From NCBI RefSeq assembly GCF_009834535.1, contig NC_045697.1, forward strand, positions 55,988,001 through 56,052,000: a stretch of 64,000 bases of DNA, read 5' to 3'. Made by a program: the position numbers and the translations under genes. Shown here piece by piece: positions 54,561 through 64,000 of this stretch (within the stretch, counting starts at the first letter, position 1; each line of letters begins with the position of its first letter). Under the pieces are notes generated by a model. The model made no database searches and was not told the origin of the DNA. It was given only the letters and a program-made list of their open reading frames with translations. The stretch comes from Camelus ferus (lineage: Eukaryota).

Positions 54561-55691
54561 TGCATATTAGATAAAAGTAGGAAGCACAAAGGAAATGTCA
54601 AAAGAATATACATATTAGAAGAAATAATAGCATATATAAAGTAGATAGCACAGAGAAAACATAAAACATCCAATATCATCAATGCTATTGTTCTTATTTT
54701 AATATTTCTATTAAAGTAAATATAAAAATTGTCTCATCAAAATGTTTTTCAGTAAACACCATTGGGGCAAAGTCTTCATAACAAAATGTTCTATCTTTTA
54801 TTAAAAGAATACCTTTTGAATTAAATTTCTTATTTTCTGATTTCCTACCCAGTCATAGAGTACAGCAATGTAGATCATGGCATTTGGATAATGGAATTAT
54901 TTTTAATCATTTATTTTTTCCATGTTCTCTAAGTGAATAATGCTGGTTCATTATGTCCTTATTCTAAAATGCAATATATGTTATGCATCTATGATTTTAT
55001 TTTAGAAACAATGAGAGCTTAAAATGAAGTTTTCCTCTTAATTTAAGGCGGAGAAAATATATTATGAAAATAGCAATTTGCTACCTAGGACTATTTGGAA
55101 GCATCAATGAAAGCAAGATTTTACAAATAAAAAATAATGTTCTTTAAAGATAGTGTAATCATTGTCAGCATATGCAGAAGGGATAAGAAAATCACACACA
55201 GCCTTACAAATTTGACCTATAGACTGTGGCCTATAATGACCCATGAAAAATTGGTCAGTTTCCTTATGCCCTAAACATCTATGTAGTAACATTAAAAGTA
55301 GTATTAGTAATAATAATAATTATAATGAAGCAATTATGTTTCCTAAAAAGTTCACTTTGACATAGAAGACTATCCTCAAACACATAATCTATTAGGTAGA
55401 CACTATACAGAACTATTTTTGGTTGCATTCAGGCATATGAGTAATTAAGCCTATAAATAACTATTGGTTTAACATCAAATCTAAAAACCCTCTTGTCATT
55501 TCTCTCATATTTATTCTCTCTCTCTCTCTGTCTCTGCCTGTCTCACGCTCTCTTTCTCTTTCTCTCCATCGCTCCTCCTCTCTCCTACCAGGACATTGTT
55601 ACCTACCAGCTAAAATCTGACTGAATCTTACCATTCAAAAATATTAACTTCTGATATAGGCTGATGGTATAATGATAGTGCTTGGTTAAAG

Positions 55692-56420
55692 CAGTGTCTC
55701 TTAGAAGTATTTTTTCCTCATATATCCCCTATAATAATTTAGACTAAAAGAAGTATTTTCAAGAAAGTTTCAGGTTGACAGTTAAATAGCTAAAATTTTG
55801 AAAATTTGCCTCACTTTATTGCCATTTTAAAATGGACAGGTTATGTCAGTCTTTTAATTACATCCAGTGAGATCTAAATGTAATAATGATTTGAAACACA
55901 ATATTACTAATTTAAAAGAAATACATGAACAAGCATAATACTGTGTGGTCTTTACTTCTTTAGATAATGTTCACTCCCAACTCCTCCACAGAATTTTACT
56001 CGAATGTATATAATACACTTAAGTCTTTTGTTGAAAGTCTTTTATTATTTCTCTAAAATAATATATGTGCTTAAATTGAAAATCGTTTTATAATTTCCTA
56101 TGACAATAAGACAATAAATGTTAAAAATTATTTTAGATTGGCATATCTTTACTACATTTAAATGTAACACAAATTGATCAAAGATCTTCTATCATATATC
56201 CATGGATGAATATTATTTATTTTGAGAATAATACAGAGTTCAACATCCATTCCATTCTTTTATTTTTTATTAAAAATAGTTTTGAGTATAAAGAAATTAT
56301 GTTCATATAAGTAAAGAGATTCAGACAGACTTGTTATAAGCATATTACTCAGTTTTTTGAACCCCTTCTGAGATTTGCACCAAAAATCACCAAGCTGATT
56401 TCTCGTTTAAAACTATTTAA
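55692..56420. mobile_element. hAT-Charlie (Charlie7-like) DNA transposon fragment
   Basis: Starts cagtg; atccagtgagatctaaat...aaatacatgaacaagc...ccacagaatttta resemble the remembered consensus. Confidence 0.55.
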
Positions 56421-56562
56421 TAATCTGTCATCTGACAACTAAAGTTGGTTCTCCTTCAGTTCTGTTGAAAAATCTGAGTTAGAAAACACCTGAAAAAGTA
56501 TTTGTTTTCTAGTCATTAGTCATTCATTTTTCTTAGCTGGGACACCAATATAGTTTATCCTC

Positions 56563-56594
56563 TGTGTATGTATGTGTGAGTATGAATTGTGTAT

Positions 56595-56640
<46 letters not shown>
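56563..56640 (+). repeat. (TG)n microsatellite with degenerate 5' part
   Basis: About 20 perfect GT units at 56601-56640. Confidence 0.97.
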
Positions 56641-56644
<4 letters not shown>

Positions 56645-58747
56645 CCCTGGGGAGTTTTACATTATGGAGCAATATCCTGTAATTAGCCTTGGGATGGGTG
56701 AGAAATGTTCCTTTTTATATATGGAGGAGATAAATATACTAGAGAAAGGAGATGTAGGAAAGAAGTTGCTTGACTCGGGAACCTTACCAGTCTTAGGAAG
56801 GAATCCATAGGGAAGTGAGAAATTAATTTCTTTAAAACCATCTGTGCTTGTATCGTATAACCACTACACCACGATTGAAAACAACTGGTCTAAGGAGGTT
56901 ATCTACAAACTGAGGGCAGTCCCTTGGAGAGTTTGAATATATAAACTGACATTGATTCCTTGCTTAGTCCTTAGGGGGTCACTTGTCACAGGTGGCATGC
57001 ATTGTGTCCTATGTAAAGAGTAGAAGTTCCACATCCTGGAGAGATTGACAGAGTCACATACTACTTGCTTAGCATTTTCTGACTTACTGAAGTTTGCATG
57101 TGCACAGCTATGCAAGTGGCCTTACATACTATATGTTTTATAGTTTTAATGAATACAATACTCATAAAAGGGACAAGTAGCCTACAAAGATTTCTGCCAA
57201 GTATATGTATATTAAAGATAATATATGATTAATAATCCAAACAAGAGCAAATATTCAAAAATGGCAAAATTGATGCTTATCAATCAAGTTCAACTTTCTG
57301 ATAGGCTACCCTGCAAGACAAAAACAATGATGGTCTAAATGACATGAGAAGAGGTCTGCAGAAAACTTCTAAATCATCAAAAAGACAATTTGAAGTATAA
57401 ATGTACCTCTGTAATTAATAAAAATCTTTAAAATAAATTTAATCATTTATAACACCTCTGGGTTTTGTGATGGTTTACAATGTAGGATAATGCATTAGTA
57501 AAGAAGTAGGTATAAACAGTTTATAAATAAATAAACATGTTTGGGGATATTTGTCCAAAAATATTTTAATGGTGGGATGTATTATCAGAAAACTTTGGGG
57601 ACCACTTGTCTAGATAAAGCTCTAGGGTTAACTTTCCTATATGATGGAAAGAACAGTGCTCAGCAAATGCCTGTTTAGAAATTTTGTCAGCATTATTTCC
57701 TCTGTATATTTTGCACTAAATAGCAAATATAGGAGAAGCAGTGAGGCTTGGGACCATCTATAACCAATAAGGCCTGTAATAACATAATTCTGCTGCCTTA
57801 CATTTACAAATAGTGTAAATTTATGATTTTCAAGTAATCCATATGTAAATAATTAAAGACAGTGATGTTTTTGAACAATAGAATGGAAAGATTGGGAGAA
57901 GGTACATAATTAGACACAATTTTCTTTTAGGCTGAGTCATTTCCCCACAACATTCTTAGTCAATGTAAATTCCAACAGAACTTCCAAAATATTTGAGTCA
58001 TGAGCTGAATGCATCTTCTTCTCCAGCTGGCATTCCACGGACAGGCAGGGCACTTTGCATAAACAAACAAACAAATCTTCGCCAGCTTTACAAGTTGGAC
58101 TTAGCTATCATCAATTCTTTCACAGATACACAGTTTGTATTTAAGATTTGCCATGCCTGTGTCCTATAGCTCTGGGCAGGTGTTTAATTCAGTGATAATG
58201 TTACCATTAATTTATATGCTTCAGGTTAGCAAACATGGAACAGTTAATAGTTTCATTTCACTGCTGACCAAATTATAGATACTTCATTTCTGGAAGACGC
58301 ATGACCTGAAATACCACTGTGCTTTGGGTACCTTAAAATGTCTTTTAATTGAATTCCTTCTTTCAGATCTGAAAACTGGAATTCAGACATAAGGAATGCA
58401 AAGAAAGTGCTTTACAACTCTAAGTAAAATTCCCACGACTTAGAACACCTAAACACCTGACGAAGAACCAGAATGAATAAACAAACTTGTCTGCACTAAT
58501 TAGCAATTCCCAATCTTGGGCATACGTGAACAGACTGGACTATAAGGTTGAGGCTGAAACTGACTTGAAAGCAATGAAAAATTCAGTAGAAATGGCTATA
58601 AGAAAGAATTGTAAAAATTTTGAAAATGGATCTTCATTAGGCATTGAGCTTTTTCAGCCCACACTTGGGAACACAATTACAACAATTTTACCAGTAGTTG
58701 TATGCAGATGTGAATAGTAATTACACACATGCACAATTTCATTAGAA

Positions 58748-59146
58748 TTTTTTTGTATATATAATTTTATTGATGTATATAGTCAGTTTACAATGTTGTG
58801 TCAATTTCTGGTGTACCGCATAATGCTTCAGTCATACATGAACATACATATATTAATTTTCTTATTCTTTTTCACCATAAGTTACTATAAGATATTGAAT
58901 TTAGTTCCCTGTGCTATACAGTATGAACTTATTACCTATTTTATATGTATTAGTATCTGCAAATCTCGAACTCCCAATTTATCCCTTACCACACTCTATC
59001 CCCTGGTAACCATAAGATTGTTTTCTATGTCTGTGAGTCTGTTTCTGTTTTGTAAATAAGTTCATTTGTCTTTTCTTTTGTTTGTTCAGGCTCCACATGT
59101 AAGTGATGTCATATGGTATTTTTCTTTCTTTTTCTGGCTTACTTCA
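58748..59146 (-). mobile_element. Lineage-specific L1 3' UTR fragment
   Basis: Highly similar to 62230-62499; ends ctggcttacttca. Confidence 0.9.
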
Positions 59147-59599
59147 ATGCAGGTCTTTCTAAAATATGTTGTTAACTAAAAGTTAACTGCTTTTTGCTTA
59201 AATAAAATAGTGAGATAATTTCAATTATTCATAACTAAAACAAAGTTTATTGTTTCTTTGCTTTTAATTTAGACTTATATTTTAAATTGATACTCAGGAT
59301 ACCATCAAAATTTTTTCATTCAGCTAAAGGAAAAACGTGTCCCACTTAAAACAAACAAACAAGCAAACAAACAAACATAAACCCAGGTCCTAGTACTGAT
59401 TGATATTTAATCCTTCATAGCAGTCGTTTTTGTGATTTCATTAAGGTTAAGCTAAAAAGATTTAAAGCAGTTTGCCTCAAATTGTGTCTTTATTGTTGCA
59501 TAGAAAAAAAGAAGAAAACTCCATGAACTCCTTAGAGAAAATATAATAATAAATATAGAAATATAATAATAAAGTCACTATAGAATTTAGCAATAAACA

Positions 59600-61420
59600 G
59601 TTTTCTCAGAAATCAGTTGTCAAAGGAGAATGACTTAACAGTCTTTGGAGAAGAAGTAACAATATTCATCCCTTGCCAAATTTGCAATATTTCAGTTGAA
59701 AAATTTTACAGACATTATAGAACACAAGTTGGCAATATCTTAATATTACAATCCTTCAATTCCATTTCTAAATATGTAAATTTAAATAAACTCATGCAAA
59801 GCACATGCAAGAGCTTCTATTTCATTACCAAAAGTGGTAGAAAATGGATAACCAAATTGTGCATTAATCCATAATCAGAATACTGTGAAACTATATGACT
59901 AACTGAAAGGGATGCATATTTATTGATATGTATAAGAGTTGTAAATATAATGCCGACATTAAAAATACAAATTGAAGAATACTACTTATGTTAAATATTT
60001 GTGAAATATTTAAACCACATAAATGATATTTTCAGTTGTATTTTAATGAATGTTATACACGGGTATAATTTAAAGACTCACAGTTCTATAAGGCTTATTG
60101 ATGAAACAGTGGTTCAGTGTCTCTGTCCCTAACATCTTATCTCCAAAATCAACAATTTTGACACTTTTAGCTGATTATTTTCGTATGTAACACTGTATCT
60201 CTAAATAACATATACATACTTCAGCATCTCACTTTTTAAGGTTTATATGTTATCTATTGATTTTGCAATAATAAAGGTAAGGATTTTATGCTCTTTCATC
60301 ATCACCCTCTATAACCATTACATCACTCCTATTTATCGAAATATTAGATCTACATTTACTATTTATGTTGTTACCACTGTGTGAATGCTATCAACAGATC
60401 AAGAAGTATCATAATGATTACTTGTTTTTTTCCTTAAAACTATACTTTCCCTGAATAACTGTCCTGTTTTTCCTATCTATCAATAAAATAACTCCAGGTA
60501 ATCTGCTTCTTATATTACTCTTCTCCTTGTATTAATATGCATCTGGCATTCTATCAGTTTTATCCTCTGAAAGAAATCTTTCCAAGAACAGTCTGATTTC
60601 TCCAGTCAGAAATGTTTGGCCTCCATGGCTGTAATACACATCTCATCTTGGGATCATCCTTGATCATATTCTGAGAATTTTATTTTACTTTATCTTAGTG
60701 CTGGAGATATATGTTCTAAATCTACACATCTTGATTTATACCCTTGTTTTGGTAGAGGACATCATCCAGTATCTTCCTAAGAAAAGTTGAATCAGAGGTA
60801 CAAAAGAATATAAGTTTATTCAGTCTTCACACATACTGATAATTCAGCTGGATATAAAATTTAAGGTTGGAAATTTTTTTTTCTGAAATTTGAAGACGTT
60901 ATTCCATTCTGTTCTATTATCCAGAGTTGCTCTTCACATTCTTAAATGATTGATTTCTGATTCTTTCTACGTGTATTTTTGGTAACATTTTTCTCTCTCT
61001 CTAGGAGCTAACAGACTCTTCGTTTTCATTGTTGTTCTGAAGTGTCATGTCAAAGCACCTTTGCATGACTCTATTTTTATCCATTTTACTGATCACTTGG
61101 TATGGGGTATAGGTTTTCAATATGTGAACTTGAATCCCTCATTTTCAGGTGTTTTTACTTTAAATATTTCTTTGATAGTTTTCTTTCTTTCATTCTCTTT
61201 TCTATTCTTCTGGAATTATTCTTTTAGAATGTTTGACCTTCTGACAAGTCCTCTGAAAGTTCTTATATTCACTCCTCTGTATCCCAGGTTTTTGTCTTGT
61301 TGCTTCATTTTCTTCACTGTATAATCATCCCTTTTATTGAGTTTTTAATTTCAATAATACATATTTAATTTTCAAAAGCTCTTTTATTATACTGTTTCAT
61401 TTTTATGTCTTGTTCCTGTT
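59600..61420. mobile_element. Ancient L1ME/HAL1 fragments (plus strand to about 60050, minus strand after)
   Basis: aaaagtggtagaaaatggataacc; cagctggatataaaatttaaggttgga...tttgaagacgttattccatt. Confidence 0.55.
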
Positions 61421-61487
61421 TCGTGGATTCGTAGCTGAGTGAGCAAGGAAGGTTGGCAGTCCTGGAGTTCCATAAACACAAGTCATG

Positions 61488-62015
61488 TGTGGTGATCACA
61501 ATTCCCAAGATGTTCCCATGACCTCACCTCCTGATATTCACATCCTTGTGTAATCCTCTCCTCTTCGAGTGTGAGCTGACCTAGTGACTTGTTTCTAATG
61601 AATTGCATAGGCAGAAGCTATAGAATATAATTTTGGAAATTAGATTGTAAAAGATGATAACTCTTGCGTTGCTTGCACTTTCACCTTCTGGACTTGCTTC
61701 CTTTTATGAAGCAAGATGTAATGTTGAAATGACTCATATGGAGGGAAACTGAGGATAGCCTCTGACTAAGAGGCTGCACATAACCGAATCCTGCCAACAA
61801 CAAAGTGAGTGAGCTCGGAAGTAAATCTTTTGCCAGTTAAGCAGTGAAATGACTACAGTTCCATCCAACTGTTTGATTTCAGCCTCTGAGGAACCATGAA
61901 GCACCAAATCCAGCTACCCAGTTCCCAGATCTATAGAAACTGTGAGGTAATCGATGTTGTTTGAGACAACTGAATGTTGGTGTAGTTTATTTCAGAGCAA
62001 TAGGCAACTAATATA
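61488..62015 (+). mobile_element. MLT1E/F-like MaLR LTR
   Basis: ctcctgatattcacatccttgtgtaatcctctcc...gacctagtgacttgtttcta...aatcctgccaacaac...agaaactgtgag. Confidence 0.85.
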
Positions 62016-62174
62016 AAATAATGTGCAGGACACTATTCTTATCTCATTCTACCTGATATAAACTAGATCAGAGGCCTACTGTTTACCTTTTTAATCAGAG
62101 AATAAGATGCCTGGTATGAGTGGTGTAAGGAAGAGGGCAATGTACCTAACTGCATAGTTTAGGGAAGAGCATCT

Positions 62175-63166
62175 TGGAATCCAATTCTTTTTTTTTTTTT
62201 TTGAGTTTTTTTTTTTTTTTGTATGTGTGTGTGTATATATTTTTATTGAAGTATAGTCAGTTTACAATGTTGTGTCAATTTCTGGTGTACAGCATAATGC
62301 TTCAGTCATACATGATCATACATATATTCATTTTTTATTCCCCCCACCATAAGTTACCACAAAATATTGAATATAGCTCCATGTGCTATACAGTATGTCC
62401 CCATTGTTTATCGATTATATGTATATTAGTATCTGCAAATCTCAAATTCCCAATTTATCCCTTTCCACCCATTCCCCCACCCTGGTAACCATAAGTTTGA
62501 CCTAAACAAGCAATTCTCCAATGAAGACATACAGATGGCCAAAAGGCACATGAAAAAATGTTCAATATTGTTAATTATCAGAGACATACAAATCAAAACT
62601 ACAATGAGGTATCACCTCACACCAGTCAGAATGGCCATCATTAAAAAGTCCACAAATGATAAATGTTGGAGAGGGTGTAGGAAAAAGGGCACCTTCCTAC
62701 ACTCTTGGTGGGAATGTAGTTTGGTCCAGTCATTATGGAAAACAATATGGAGATTGTTTAAAAGACTAAAAATAGACTTACTATATGATCCAGCAATCCC
62801 ACTTCTGGGCATATATCCAGAGGGAATCTTAATTCAAAAAGACACATGCACCCCAGTGTTCATAGCAGCACTATTTACAGTACCCAAGACATGGAAACAA
62901 TCTAAATGTCCATCGACAGATGACTGGATAAAGAAGTTGTGGTATATTTATGCAATAGAATACTACTTAGCCATAAAAAAGAATAAAATAATGCCATTTG
63001 CAGCAATATGGATGGACCTGAAGATTGTCATTCTAAGTGAAGTAAGCCAGGAAGAGAAAGAAAAATACCATATGATATCACTTAAATGTGGAATCTAAAA
63101 ATAAGACAAAAGAACTTATTTTCAAAACAGAAACAGACTCACAGACATGGAATCCATATTCTTTTT
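62175..63166 (-). mobile_element. L1 with 5' inversion (twin priming), including its TSDs
   Basis: Poly(T) plus antisense 3' UTR 62188-62499, then plus-strand ORF2 C-terminus/3' UTR start 62499-63148 (187-aa ORF with CCHC knuckle); TSD tggaatcca(t)attcttt at 62175 and 63148. Confidence 0.93.
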
Positions 63167-64000
63167 GAAATATCCTTCAACCAAAACTCATATTTTTATC
63201 CCATTATTCCACTATCAGAATTATCTAATGCTGTGAATTGAAGACCCTTTTTGGAACTTGTGGTAAAAATCAGGTAACAAGTTAGTTTTTCCACCTGGTA
63301 ATTTAGGATTCAACATTCTTGGGCCTCGTTGATTATCACTCAGCCATTTGCAGTCTATCTCCCAACATATTTTTGTATTGTATTCTGTCTTCTTGCTCAT
63401 TATAAATTAGTGTTTGTTTTTTAAATCCCTTTGTCAATAATTTTAGTAGAGTTTTAGAGGTAATCTAAAGCAGATGCATGAGTTCTGTCTGCTATCTTTA
63501 TACAATGCACAAATTCATCAGTATTTTTTAATGCCTTTTAGCAAATACGGGAGCCATAAAAATGTATTCATGTGTGGTTAAAGGTACAAAAATATTTTAT
63601 GTAGTTGTTTGCAATTTTATAAAATATTTTAATGTCAAATTTAGGTTTCAAATATCCTATTAAAAATATTTGGTCTACGTGATTGAGTTCTTGAATTTTC
63701 GTATTACTGCACTACATGATAATAAAAATTTTAATCCACTAAAAGTGACTAGAAAATCCAAAATGGGAAGATATAAAAATTGACTTCAAGTAAAACTGCT
63801 AATGGAACATAATTAAGATAGTTGATGTTTATTTATCTAGTGCTTTTATTTTTTTTTCTGGAAAAGAAAACCTTTACACACAAATAAAAAAATTTTCCCA
63901 CAGTGTGCTTGGAGAAATCAAGTCATAATCCTATGTGCACATGTATGATGATATTTAAAAAGAGATGTATTTCTATTTTCCTGAAACCAGCCACCTGACA

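Noticed and set aside
1..64000. CRISPR arrays, operons or other prokaryotic systems
   Set aside because: The DNA is mammalian (L1, L2, MIR, MaLR content); no regularly spaced repeat-spacer array was seen

Overview
AT-rich, CpG-depleted mammalian genomic DNA, most likely camelid because it carries Vic-1-type tRNA-derived SINEs. It looks like a gene desert or a large intron. I found no intact protein-coding gene: the recognisable ORFs are decayed L1 ORF2, ERV gag/env or RPS3 fragments, and the rest look like chance ORFs. Most of the window is interspersed repeats (L1, L2, MIR, MaLR/ERVL LTRs, hAT and pogo DNA transposons). Three structures stand out. (1) A minus-strand RPS3 retrocopy at 10043-10777 that appears partly spliced: it keeps about 116 nt of apparent upstream intron with its splice acceptor, has the last exon junction spliced, ends at a distal poly(A) site, and is flanked by a direct repeat of about 300 bp that behaves like a giant target-site duplication (TSD). 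(2) A 3.7-kb two-LTR provirus at 1667-5394 with ERVL-type gag, no recognisable pro/RT, gamma-type env and a tRNA-Arg primer site. (3) A textbook twin-priming inverted L1 at 62175-63166. Repeat subfamily names come from remembered consensus sequences and need RepeatMasker/Dfam confirmation; boundaries of old repeats are approximate. I do not see evidence for a wholly new biological system; the best leads concern unusual retrotransposition products.
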